NCBI GenBank assembly: GCA_963845755.1
Contig: CAWJTV010000005.1
Location: forward strand, 160,001-224,000
DNA from: an uncultured Planctomycetota bacterium
GTDB lineage: Bacteria > Planctomycetota > Planctomycetia > Isosphaerales > Isosphaeraceae
DNA length: 64,000 bases
Direction of reading: 5' to 3'
Below, piece by piece: positions 1 to 10,607 of the stretch. The stretch's first letter is position 1, and every line of letters starts with the position of its first letter. The translations under genes were made by a program, and so were the position numbers. The notes under the pieces are model-generated. The model saw only the letters and a list, made by a program, of their open reading frames with translations, ran no database searches and had not been told where the DNA came from.

Positions 1-1
1 T

Positions 2-2074
2 TTGACATATCTGACCGGCCATCCGCAGGAGTGGTTGCTCCTGGTCCTGGCCTTGTCGATCTACTCGATTGTTGGTTTTGGGTCCTGGATTATGAACTTG
101 GAGGTTGTTCGAAGGTGTCTCTGTCGTTCCACTGCCGTGATCCTGATTCCAGCATCCAGAGAGCGGTCACCTTTTCGACAGCTCGCGGGCTGGTTCGCGA
201 TCCTGGCTCTCTCGATCGGCATGGCGGCGGTGGAAGTCGTACCTCAGGTGGCGGTTCGCCCCTGGCTGCGCCGGAATCATGATCCCGCGCTGGAGGCCGG
301 CATTCCTCATCGCTACCACGTGGGCGGCCTGAACCTCTTTCAGTTGGTCAGCCCGACTGCGCTAGGGGGGCCATCCGACTACTTCGGCGACGACAATTAC
401 TGGGAGACAATCTTCTCGATCGGGCTCGTGGCCCTGACGCTCGTGGTGATCGCAGTGGCTCGCCATCCCGATCGTCACCTTGTCCGGGGTTGGCTCATCC
501 TGGCCGGCCTGACCATCGCGTTTGCCGCCGGGAGATCCCTGGGTCTGTATCCGTTGTTTTATTCCTCGATTCCTGGGATGGCCTGGTTCCGCGTGCCGGC
601 CCGTTCCTTATTTCTTGCGAACTTGGCCGCCGCGGTGCTCGCCGGGCTCGGAATCGAGACGCTCCGTGTAAGGATAGCCGACACCGCCTCCTGGCGGCGA
701 TTCGCCATCCGAATCGCGCTGGCGTCGGTCATCCTGGTGAGTCTTCTCATGCTCATCCGGTACGGGCGTGTGCCCAGCCAGGATGCCGGTCCTCGCTCCC
801 ATCGGATCGATCTCACGATCGAATCCTCATCACGTTTGAATTTGCTGTCTGCACCAGCCGTGCCGCCTCCATCACAGCGAACGGCACTTGCATCGGCTCG
901 CGTGCTTCAGGATGGAGGCTTCTGGTTTGCGATGTTGAGCATGGGAACACTGGCCGTCTTGGGATGCCAGCCCTTATGCGACCGCGATCGACAGCATCTC
1001 GGCGGCCTGTTCGGCCTGGTCGCGCTGATCGAGCTGGGCTGGTCGGGATTTGCGCTGATCCCGGTCACGCCGGCGGCGAGGTTTGTGGGTCCGGATCCGA
1101 TCAGTGCAAAGCTCACCGACGATAATCCGAACGTCAACGGTTCCTCGAAGTGTTCCCCTGCCCGCTACCCTCCCGCACGGATCAAGGCGCGCGATTCGTA
1201 CTTCGGCGATCTGCCCGCGGTCGTTCACGGCATCGAGAAGACGAACGTGGACGACGCCTTTCAGCTCGACCATGCTTCGGTTCTCTACGAGACCCTCTAC
1301 CCTATCGCATCACGGGTCCGTCCGATGTCGGAACGGTTGCTGAGCCCTTCGGCCAAGGGCGCCTGGCAACGAATACGCCAGGCGGTCTTCGACCGGCTGA
1401 GCGTCACGCACATCGTCTCGGATCGGGTTGAGCTGGACCCGGGCTGGCCGGTCGTCGATGAGGGCACATGGAACGATTCGCAATTCGTGATCCAGCGTAA
1501 TCCGACAGCCATGCCGCGCGCCTATGTCGTCCCCCGCGCGACGTTCCTCCCCGATCACCCGGGCGTCGTGCTGACTTCTTTCAGCGATCTCGACCCGCAT
1601 GCCTCGGTCGTGATGAGTGCGGACCCACTGGATTCTCTGCCGACCTGGCCTCGTCAGCCGTTCACTCCGGCAGAATGGACCTCAGACGATCCCGACCACC
1701 CTGCCCTGCGAGTGACGACCCTCGCCCCCGGTCTGCTGGTCGTGGCGGATACCTGGATGCCCGGCTGGACGTCGACTGTCGACGGCCACGAGGCCACCGT
1801 TCTGCGCGGCAACCAGTCCCAGCGCGTGATCCCCCTGCCCGGGCCCGGCCGTCACACGATTGTCATGGAATACAAGCCTCCTGGCTGGATCTCCGGTTGT
1901 GTGATTACGGTCCTTAGTTTCATGGGCTGGGTCGTGATCGCGGGATTCCTCGTGAGCCGCGATCGAACAGCTTGCCAGAGCCGGTCTACGCCCCTTCTGC
2001 GCAGGCGACGAGCGTTGAAGCATGGCGTGCTTCATGGACGTTCCATCTCGAACAAGTCAATACTGCGGCAGTAG
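2..2074 (+). CDS. YfhO-family multi-pass membrane protein (putative GT-C glycosyltransferase), 5'-partial
   Basis: 690-aa ORF open at the window edge; many TM segments; FRVPAR motif; YfhO-type C-terminus LVVADTWMPGWTSTVDG...G.HTIVMEYKP. Confidence 0.75.
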   Translation: MTYLTGHPQEWLLLVLALSIYSIVGFGSWIMNLEVVRRCLCRSTAVILIPASRERSPFRQLAGWFAILALSIGMAAVEVVPQVAVRPWLRRNHDPALEAGIPHRYHVGGLNLFQLVSPTALGGPSDYFGDDNYWETIFSIGLVALTLVVIAVARHPDRHLVRGWLILAGLTIAFAAGRSLGLYPLFYSSIPGMAWFRVPARSLFLANLAAAVLAGLGIETLRVRIADTASWRRFAIRIALASVILVSLLMLIRYGRVPSQDAGPRSHRIDLTIESSSRLNLLSAPAVPPPSQRTALASARVLQDGGFWFAMLSMGTLAVLGCQPLCDRDRQHLGGLFGLVALIELGWSGFALIPVTPAARFVGPDPISAKLTDDNPNVNGSSKCSPARYPPARIKARDSYFGDLPAVVHGIEKTNVDDAFQLDHASVLYETLYPIASRVRPMSERLLSPSAKGAWQRIRQAVFDRLSVTHIVSDRVELDPGWPVVDEGTWNDSQFVIQRNPTAMPRAYVVPRATFLPDHPGVVLTSFSDLDPHASVVMSADPLDSLPTWPRQPFTPAEWTSDDPDHPALRVTTLAPGLLVVADTWMPGWTSTVDGHEATVLRGNQSQRVIPLPGPGRHTIVMEYKPPGWISGCVITVLSFMGWVVIAGFLVSRDRTACQSRSTPLLRRRRALKHGVLHGRSISNKSILRQ

Positions 2075-2637
2075 TCGCTCCCGCCGAGGCGGGCGATCGT
2101 CTTGAGCTTGCGGGGATCGACTCGACCGGATGGGTCGAGCACAGCGTCGTCGATGTGGAGGAGCAGGACCTCGCCAATCACGAGGTTGGCCGCGATTGGT
2201 CCGTCTCCAATTGAGATGAGCTGACGCATGCGACATTCCAGGTGGACGGGCGACTCGGCCACGCGCGGTGGGCAGACCTTGATCGATGGCTGGATCGTTA
2301 GCCCAGCAAATTCGGCCTCACTCTGACCACGAGGTAGTTCCTTCGCGGTCGCGTTCATCTGAGTGGCGAGGTCTTCCACAGCCGCGTTCAGGACGAACTC
2401 CGGCACGATCTCCAAGTTGATCAGCGTGTCCTTCTTCGAGCCATCACGTCGCAGCGTGGGGGAGAAGACGACAATCGGCGGATTGGCGCCAAACGCGTTG
2501 AAGAAGCTGAACGGTGCGAGATTCACCCGGCCCTCGTTGTCGATCGTAGTCACCCATGCGATCGGGCGAGGCGTTACCACTCCGACCAACGCCTGGTAGA
2601 CTGTCACGACATCCGTGGAGGCGACATCGATCTGCAT
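2032..2637 (-). CDS. flavin reductase-like FMN-binding protein (DIM6/NTAB family)
   Basis: PRPIAWVTT, NLAPFSFFN, KDTLIN, PPRVAESPVHLEC and IARLGG motifs. Confidence 0.9.
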   Translation of the reverse strand: MQIDVASTDVVTVYQALVGVVTPRPIAWVTTIDNEGRVNLAPFSFFNAFGANPPIVVFSPTLRRDGSKKDTLINLEIVPEFVLNAAVEDLATQMNATAKELPRGQSEAEFAGLTIQPSIKVCPPRVAESPVHLECRMRQLISIGDGPIAANLVIGEVLLLHIDDAVLDPSGRVDPRKLKTIARLGGSDYCRSIDLFEMERP

Positions 2638-3808
2638 CTAATCGATCCAACTCAAAGGGTAGGAGGGGTCGTCGAGTTGCATGGCCTCCTGCGTCAGCCG
2701 GAGCGGACGGACGGTATCAACCATGACGGCCAGCTCGTCGGTTCGCACCAGTTCCCGACTGGCGTCGATGGTGCCGGGGTGTGGCCCGTGAGGGATGCCG
2801 CGGGGATGGAGCGTGATCGACGACGCCTCGATGCCCCGCCGGCTGCCGAACCGCCCACGGACGTAATACAACACCTCATCGGCCTGGACGTTGGAATGGG
2901 CATAGGGGACCTTGATCGCCTCGGGATGCGTATCGAGCATCCGCGGCGCGAAAGTGCAGAGCACGAAGCCCCGTGACTCGAACGTCTGGTGCACGGGAGG
3001 AGGTTGGTGAACCGTGCCGGTGATCGGCTCGAAGTTCTCGGCGTTGAACGTGTAAGGGTAGACCATCCCGTCCCAGCCGACGACATCGAATGGGTGGCTG
3101 GCCAAAGTGTAGTGAGTTAGTCGCCGTCCGTCCTTGATGAGAACGGGCGTCTCTTCCTCCCGGTCAACGACGCCGAGCTCGCGCGGGCCGTGCAAGTCGC
3201 GCTCGCTATAGGGTGCACCCAGTCGAATCTGCCCGTCCGAGTTGAGATATCGGGCCGGGATCGAGATGTTCCCAGCCGCTTCGATGACGAGGAGATCCGG
3301 TTCGGAACTTGAGTCGAACTCGAGCCGATAAGTCGTACATCGAGGGATGACAATATAATCGAGCGCGCGGAACGCCAACGGCCCGAATAGCGTCTGTAAC
3401 GTACCACGACCGGCGTGGACGAAGACAACCTCGTCGGCGTCGGCGTTGCGGAATAACAGGTCCTGCGGCTTCTCGGGGCGACATCGCGCGAGGATCACGT
3501 CATCGTTGCCGAGGAGGGGGACGCGGCCGGTGATCGGGTCGCCGGCGCGGGGGATGGACCCGGTCTTCAGATGATGATGACGCAGCGCGGGCTCCTCGCC
3601 GAGGTCCAAAGCAACGTTACCGGCCGGCTCGAGCCGGAGCACCGCGGGTCGGTGGGCGAAGGTGGTAGACCAAGCTATAGGCCCGCGAAAACCCGGCAAG
3701 CGTCACGACCTCTTCATAGTAGATCCCCTCACTCCGGAAGCCTGGTAACTGAGGATGGGCAATGTGCCGCTTGCGCGGGATCGATCCGAGTCGCAAATAG
3801 GGCGGCAT
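2638..3808 (-). CDS. hmgA: homogentisate 1,2-dioxygenase (one apparent frameshift near 3640)
   Basis: N-terminus MPPYLRLGSIPRKRH...GFSRAYSLVYH (ATG 3808 with SD) joins ORF 2638..3699 containing FRNADADE, HPFDVVGWDG, VPYAHSN, HPRGIPHGPHPG and ELAVMVDT. Confidence 0.9.
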
Positions 3809-3900
3809 GGGACTCTCTCCTTCCAGGTGCTGCCGGTGCGCGTCGGGAAGTTTCGGATCACCCGGTTTTTCCCACACCCACCGCACGCCACCCGTCAACA

Positions 3901-4614
3901 TCAGGGATGCGCGACGACACGATTCCGCAAGGTCCCGAGTCGCTCGATCGTCAGCTCGACAAGATCGCCGGGCTTGAGCCACCCCCCTGCCCGTTCGGGC
4001 GTCAACTCGAGGATGCAGCCCGTGCCGACGGTTCCGGAGCCGATCACGTCGCCGGATCGGAGCGTTGTATCCCGGCTGGCGTGTGCGAGCAACTGGGGCC
4101 AGGTCCAGTACATGGTCCCGGAGTCGCCCGTTGAGAGCAAGTGTCCGTTGACGCTCGCCTTCATTTCCAGGTGGAACCGGCCGTCGCGGTATCGATCGGC
4201 CAACTCGTCGAAAGTCACGAGCTCGGGACCGAGCGAGGTCGCGAAGTCTTTCCCTTTACTGGGGCCAAGGCCGACGGCCATCTCGATGCGCTGAAGGTCG
4301 CGGGCACTCCAGTCGTTCATGATCGTCCAGCCAGCGACGACGTCGAGTGCATGGTCATCGTCCGGAAGGTCTCGGACTTCGCGGCCGATCACGCAGGCCA
4401 ACTCCAGTTCGTAATCCAATGCCTGGCTACCCCGGGGCGCATGAACCTCCGCCTCGTGGCCGATCAGCCCCGCCGGGTTGGAGAAATAGAACACCGGCAC
4501 CTGATACCACTGAGGGACCATATCGAGCCCGCGGTGGCGCCGGCACGTCGCCACATGCTGCTCGAATGCGTAGAAGTCTCGAATGCCCGTAATTGGGGGA
4601 AGTGGTTGTCGCAT
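3901..4614 (-). CDS. fahA: fumarylacetoacetate hydrolase family protein
   Basis: IRDFYAFEQH, PVFYFSN, LDYELE, NDWSARD, KGKDFA and GSGTVGTGC motifs; lies between hppD and hmgA. Confidence 0.85.
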   Translation of the reverse strand: MRQPLPPITGIRDFYAFEQHVATCRRHRGLDMVPQWYQVPVFYFSNPAGLIGHEAEVHAPRGSQALDYELELACVIGREVRDLPDDDHALDVVAGWTIMNDWSARDLQRIEMAVGLGPSKGKDFATSLGPELVTFDELADRYRDGRFHLEMKASVNGHLLSTGDSGTMYWTWPQLLAHASRDTTLRSGDVIGSGTVGTGCILELTPERAGGWLKPGDLVELTIERLGTLRNRVVAHP

Positions 4615-4679
4615 GGGTGCGCCCCAGTATTCAGCGTTCAGTATTTCGAGTCACTTTGCAGACTGAACACCGAAAACTG

Positions 4680-5786
4680 TTACAGCGTTCCCCGCCGTGC
4701 CTGCTCGCGCTCGATGGCCTCGAATAGCGCCTTGAAGTTTCCTTTGCCGAAGCTCTTCGCTCCGCGGCGCTGGATGATCTCGAAGAACAGGGTCGGCCGG
4801 TCTTCGACCGGTTTGGTGAAGATCTGGAGCAAATAGCCCTCGTCATCGCGATCCACGAGGATGCCGAGGTCGGCGAGCTCTCTCAAGTCCTCGCGGATCG
4901 TGCCGACACGTTCCGGCAGCAACTCATAGTACGCGGGGGGTACCCTGAGGAACGAGACGTCGTTGGCGGCCATGGCGCGGACGCTAGCGATGATGTCTCC
5001 AGTCGCCAGCGCGATGTGCTGCACGCCAGGTCCGCCGTAGTAGTCGAGGAACTCCTCGATCTGGGACCGGCGGCGGCCGTGTGCGGGCTCGTTGATCGGG
5101 AACTTGATCCGACCCCGGCCGTCGGCGACGACCTTCGACATCAGGGCCGAGTAGTCGGTGGAGATGTCTTTATCGTCGAAGCTCACGAGCAGCGAGAAAC
5201 CCATGACCTTGCTGTAGTAATCGACCCAGTCCCCCATCCTGCCTTCTTCCACGTTTGCGACGACGTGGTCGATCGCCTTGAGCCCGACCGGGTGGAACGT
5301 GCGAGGGCTGTAACGGTCCGGGTCGAGTGGCTGGAAACCAGGTGCGAAGACGCCGTGATACCGCGAGCGGTCCATCAGCGTGTGCGTGGTGTCTCCATAG
5401 GCATGGATCTCGGCAAATTCATAGGCACCGAACTCGTCTTCGATCGTTTGGGGCGGCGTGGCGGCCTTGGCCCCGCGCGCCACGGCGGCCTCGAATGCCG
5501 CCGGCACATCGTTGACTTCTAGGGCGATCGACTGTACTCCGTCACCGTGATCGATCAGACGAGAGGCGTCGGGATGATCGGCACGCAACGGCGAGGCTAA
5601 TACAAATGTAATATGCCCCTGGCGGAGCACGTAACACGCCTCATGCCGCACGCCGGTCTCGAGCCCCGAATATCCGATGACGTCGAACCCGAACGCGTTC
5701 CTGTAGAAGTACGCGGATTGACGCGCATTGCCCACGAACATTCGTACGTGATCGATACACTTCAATGTCAGAGCATCGGTACTCAT
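4680..5786 (-). CDS. hppD: 4-hydroxyphenylpyruvate dioxygenase
   Basis: IDHVVANV, FPINEP, SQIEEFL, GVQHIAL, LLQIFTKP, FFEIIQRRG and FGKGNFKALFEAIE motifs. Confidence 0.97.
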   Translation of the reverse strand: MSTDALTLKCIDHVRMFVGNARQSAYFYRNAFGFDVIGYSGLETGVRHEACYVLRQGHITFVLASPLRADHPDASRLIDHGDGVQSIALEVNDVPAAFEAAVARGAKAATPPQTIEDEFGAYEFAEIHAYGDTTHTLMDRSRYHGVFAPGFQPLDPDRYSPRTFHPVGLKAIDHVVANVEEGRMGDWVDYYSKVMGFSLLVSFDDKDISTDYSALMSKVVADGRGRIKFPINEPAHGRRRSQIEEFLDYYGGPGVQHIALATGDIIASVRAMAANDVSFLRVPPAYYELLPERVGTIREDLRELADLGILVDRDDEGYLLQIFTKPVEDRPTLFFEIIQRRGAKSFGKGNFKALFEAIEREQARRGTL

Positions 5787-5920
5787 GGAAGGGGCCTCCC
5801 GACGCATGTCCTGTGGGCTTCACTCACCGAGTAAGAGCGTGGTCTTCCAGCGTCGCCTGGATGACCCCCGCCAGCACTCGCAGCAAGTCGGTGAGTCGCC
5901 CTCATTGTACGATCGATTCG

Positions 5921-6835
5921 TCAACCGACCACACCGTGGATCCGGTCGTCTTCCAGGCCTTCCCAGAACGTCGCGATTGTGTCGAGGACCTCCTGGGCAC
6001 CTTGGAAAAACTTGGCGTCGTCGAAGCGAGGATCGAAGAAGACGGATTCAAGCTCTTCCATGGTGTGGCCGGCATGTTGGGCTTCGACTCGGTTGTGCCA
6101 GGTGAAGAATGCGACTTTCAACCCGCGGAGCCGCGTCGCCTTGATGTGCAGCAGGCCATCTTCCAGCTCCTGCCAGAAACCGGCGGCGGCCCAGTTCTCC
6201 ACCGCGAAGCTGGCTCCCTCGGCGATCCGGTCGTCCTCGCTGCCGTAGAGGCGCTGGAGCTCGTCGCAGAAGTGAAGCGTATAGTCCCGACCATGGCGCC
6301 GCTTGCCCAGGTCGTCGAAACCCAGCCCGAGTGCCTCTCCGACGGCCAGCAGCCACTCGAAGTGCGCGGCTCGAAACCGGAAGAGGCCACCGTCCACCGT
6401 CCCTTCGGTACTGACCAGGTCCGGATCACCCTCACGGTCCCTCGAGTCCTCATCGTCAGCCGATCGTGCAGCACCCGAGGCACCCTCGGTCCGTCGATAG
6501 ATCACGCCTAGCTCGTTCATCAGGATCTCTTTGGCCGCCCGCGCCTGCTGGAGTGTCGGAGCATTGACCACACGCAAGAGCGCAGCAACCAGGAACTGAT
6601 TTGAAAAGACGGAGAACTGGCGTACAAAATGGGCCAGCTCCGCGTCTGTCGCCTCTCCCTCGCGGAACCATCGGGTGTAGGAGTTGTCCGTGATGATGCG
6701 GTGGTGGAGCAGGTCTCGTTCGACGTGATCGAGGAACTCACGGAAATCGTCAACTTGTTCCTTGGTCAATCCACCCTGATTGAGCCGCTGTTCGATGCGA
6801 GGCGAAACCAAGTCGTGATGCATTGCCGTCGTCAT
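5921..6835 (-). CDS. heme-oxygenase-like diiron (HDO; PqqC/CADD/TenA-fold) protein, function unknown
   Basis: Helical protein with HDO-like ligand spacing: ILMNELG, AAHFEW, GASFAVENW, FFTWHNRVEAQH, C-terminal TFWEGL. Confidence 0.7.
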   Translation of the reverse strand: MTTAMHHDLVSPRIEQRLNQGGLTKEQVDDFREFLDHVERDLLHHRIITDNSYTRWFREGEATDAELAHFVRQFSVFSNQFLVAALLRVVNAPTLQQARAAKEILMNELGVIYRRTEGASGAARSADDEDSRDREGDPDLVSTEGTVDGGLFRFRAAHFEWLLAVGEALGLGFDDLGKRRHGRDYTLHFCDELQRLYGSEDDRIAEGASFAVENWAAAGFWQELEDGLLHIKATRLRGLKVAFFTWHNRVEAQHAGHTMEELESVFFDPRFDDAKFFQGAQEVLDTIATFWEGLEDDRIHGVVG

Positions 6836-7073
6836 GAGACATCCCCTGGAGTTGTGAGTTGGTATGGGGGACTTGTCTCTCAATTCTAAGAGGCTGGCGC
6901 GATCGGGGTAGACCCATTCCGCAAAGATACTGTGATGTTACGAAGTCATTGGCTGCAAGCATCAATGGTAGCCTGATTCACTGCGCGTTCGCCTTTCAAG
7001 GCGATCCGGACCGTTTGACGTGTATCGTATCCGTCTCTGATCTCGGCTGGAGTCTGGTTTCGGAACGTCAAGT

Positions 7074-8235
7074 TCAAAGCGCGAAGTCTCCGGTCAGTTC
7101 GCCGATGGGCAATGGCTGCACGGATCGGTTGGGACCGCAAAGCGTCCAAACGCCACCGATGAAGAAAGAATAATCACGGCGGGGCAAGAATGGTGAGCCG
7201 TGCCGCGAGCCGAGGATCATGAAACTGAATACAAAGGCGGCCATGACGGCCTGCACCAGTAGGATCAGTAGGAAGCCGACAGTGAAAGTTGCCCACCCCG
7301 GCATGATCAGATCGGTCGCGAGTCGCACGATGACTGCAGCCAGAATCCCCCCCATGGTCAACAGGGCCAGAACCGCCGAGATGACCAAGAGCCTGACGCC
7401 GACGACGTCGCTATATACCGAGATCGCGCTTAAACCGTGCGTGACAAGAGCGACGAAATTCATGGACGACTCACCGCAAAGGCGCGTGCGAGCGGCTAGT
7501 CGGGATCAGGCAATGGGGCTGGCGGGATCGGATGACCGCAGCCGCATAGTGGTTCCAGAGCTCGGCCACGACGACCAGGCTGGAGAGACGCCGGCGCGGG
7601 ATCGCGCTGAAGTTGCCGACCCGAACCTTCTGGCCGGTGAGGAAGTAGTGGAGTAGCTTGTACAGGGCATAAAAGATCTGGAAGAAGAGGGATTCTGACC
7701 GACGCGTCCGCTCGGCGAAGACGATCCTGGTCTGACCGGACCCCTCGAGTTGATTCAACAGCCGGGGGACATCAGCCGGATCATCCTCGCCATCACCGTC
7801 CATGATCACGACGGCATCGGATCGGAGACAGTCCTCGATATATGCCAGGCCAATCGCGATCGCCCTCTGGTGCCCCAGGTTGCGCCTCAGGCGGAGGACA
7901 TCCACCCGCCGCACGGCGTGGAACGTCGGTTGCGCCGCAGGCGTTTCCGATTCGATGGTCGAACCATCGTCCACGACGAGCACCTCGGCCTCAAGACCTC
8001 GATCGGCCAGGGCCGAATCTAGCCGGGGCATCAGTTGCGCCAGCGAGGCCCAATCGTTGAAAACCGGGATCAGGATGATGATCGACCCCGCTTCGCTGCG
8101 GAGCCAACTCGGTGAGTGCACTCGTTCCGTTTCGTCCCCGAGCAGGGGAGGCATCTCCTCGCGCTCGGCTCCCTCGTGCGGGCCGGCCTCTGTCTCAGGA
8201 TGATCCATCCTGGCGATCCTTCGGCGACGTTCCAT
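7074..8235 (-). CDS. GT2 polyprenol-phosphate glycosyltransferase (GtrB/DPM1-like), frameshift near 7490
   Basis: ILIPVFND, VVDDGS, RNLGHQRAI and MDGDGEDDP motifs; two C-terminal TM helices in ORF 7074..7463; GGGAGG SD before ATG 8235. Confidence 0.85.
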
Positions 8236-8859
8236 GTCGGCCTCCCTTATTTCTCTGGGCCCGCTGCGATCATCGCGGCGGAATTCGAGGATGAGGAACA
8301 ACGGATCTAATAGCGTAGAATTATTATATATAAATTTTAATGTATTTTATTGAAAGGTCGGTCTCTCTCGCCACCATGTCGTCCTCGATTCAATTCATGG
8401 ACGTAGCGGGCCACTGTGTCCACTACAGTCGAAGTTTCGCTCCAGGTTCGAGGGGACAGTTGCTGATGGGCGACGAGATGAGGCGCACCGCCGGAAGCAG
8501 TCGAGCCTCGTTGATGCAGCGGGATAGCTCCCCGGGGCACCTCGAATCGGTCTTGGAAATCGGCCAGGGATTCCGGGTGCATCGCAACGACTCTCAGCGA
8601 GGGGACGTCTCGGGAGATGGGCGTTCATGTTGAAGCTCAATTCATCCGTGAAGGAGAGTGTCGAAGCATCCCATCCTGGAGTCACTCCTATACCGGTTCA
8701 GCCGCGAACAGACAAGCGGAACTCGACGATCTTGGAGTGCCCTGAGTGCACGTCAACCTGGGACGTCTCCAGCCGCGTTTCATCAACGTCGAGAGGAATC
8801 AGGGTCGATCGAGCAGCGAAGAGGCCCATGCATCCTGCGGAATGAGTCTGGATACATCA

Positions 8860-10400
8860 TTACCTCGAGTTGGGCTTGGGATCGCGCTCGCCCAGTGCCG
8901 TGTCAAGGGTCCTTCGCCTCCAGACCCGGTAACACTTCGGATCGAGCGGGAGATCCCCCACCTCTACAAATCCGAGTTCACCGAGATTGCTCTCTCCGAG
9001 CTCGGGCGGTAAGGAAAGATCCACGATGTGATCGGCGTTGAGGATCTCGGTCAGGAGTGGCTCGGGCGGGCGGTTTGGCCAATAACCGTTGACCAGGTGG
9101 GTGTCATATTCTGCGCTGAGATTGAGACCAACATACCCCTTGGCGTAGAACGCGATCGTTGGGTCTTCCGGAGAAATGACCTTGCCCGGCAAGGCTTTGG
9201 CGATGGCTACGGCATTCAGGTATTCACGATCCCATTCGGGTCGGGACGCGATTGGATTGTGGCCACGGGTCATGTGAGGGACGGCAGTCATCAGCATCAG
9301 GAGTGACAGAAAGGATCCCAGGGCCAGGCAGGAGCTCCGGCATGAGGAAGGTTGTTCCATTCGGTCCAGGAGTCGGGGCAAACGGAGAACGCAAAACGTC
9401 ATCATGGCCAACAGTGCGGGCAGCAAGCTATTGGACGCGCCCCCAACTTTCCCGGCCGCTACCGCGCTGAAGGGGATCGTCACCACCAAAACGGCGACCA
9501 CCCACAAGACGCGCGGATCCTTCCGGAGCGATCCTCCATCCAGAACCAGCCATTCCCCGAGCAGGACCAAGAACAGAGGCGAATCGAGCAACAAATCCCA
9601 GAGGCATCGCACGGACCGTACCATGTCGAGAGGAAACGACCGGGGCACGTCGATCATGTAGTGATAGATCGTGGGATTCATCGACCGGAGACCCAGGACC
9701 ACTCCGATCGATACAGCCAGAGGGATAACGCCAGACGGAACTCGGATGCAGTCGGCCGCCGCCAGCGCAGGATCAAGGCCAGCAGTGGGACCACTGCGAA
9801 GATGAAGGCCGTCTGCTTGAAAAAGAAGCCAACGACCAGGGAAGCCGTTCCCACGACGACCCAGTGTCCTCGGCGATTCTCCTGGCCATATCCGAGCAAT
9901 AGTATACCTGCGGAGGCGAACATCAGGGCCGTCATATCAGGCCGATTCTCGGCGAAGTATTGGCCGGAACGGTAGTTCACTCCCAGAATTGCCGCCTCGG
10001 CGATCAGGAGAAACCAGGCAGAACGCCGGCCGCGCATCGTCACCGCGAGGATCGTCACCGCCGTCAATGCCGAGATGAGTGAGAGGATACGTCCCGAAAT
10101 GTTATTCGGCCCGACCCAACGGAAAATCGCCCCCTGGACCCACGGTACCAAGGCCCCGTACATGTGCGTGGAGTGGCCGTTCGGCGAAAGCTCGTAAACT
10201 GGCAATCCCCGGAGGCTCCGCCAGGCATCCAGGACTTCGGTTGCTTCCCATGGGTCCCTTGGCGAGTTCGCGGTCGCCAGGCGGCTGACGCTGTATGCAC
10301 TCAGCAGCACAATCAAGGCCGATGCGAGGAGCAGCGGTGCTCGGGACAGCCAGATCCAGCGTACCAACGTCGGGTTTTCGACAGGATGATCCTTCATCAT
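8860..10400 (-). CDS. multi-pass membrane protein, ArnT/GT-C-like, frameshift near 9710
   Basis: ORFs 9678..10412 and 8860..9702 join; RPD and FFKQT motifs; many TM segments; next to a GT2 gene. Confidence 0.6.
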
Positions 10401-10607
10401 GGTGCGACTCAACTCGTCCGTGAGCGAGCTTATCGGGAAACTGCAACGTTGCGCGTCTTCCTATAACCGGATCCTTCCATTCCCGCAAGGGCAGTTGCTT
10501 GGAGAGTGACAGTCGAAATGAAACCTCTCCTGGTATTGCGACGCCCGTCCGAGGTCTACGATCTCCTGAGTCGTCGCCCACTTCCTCCACAAGACACGAG
10601 CCCATTC

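Noticed and set aside
8340..8860. Short ORFs in the gap between the glycosyltransferase genes
   Set aside because: No recognisable motif, SD or consistent frame.
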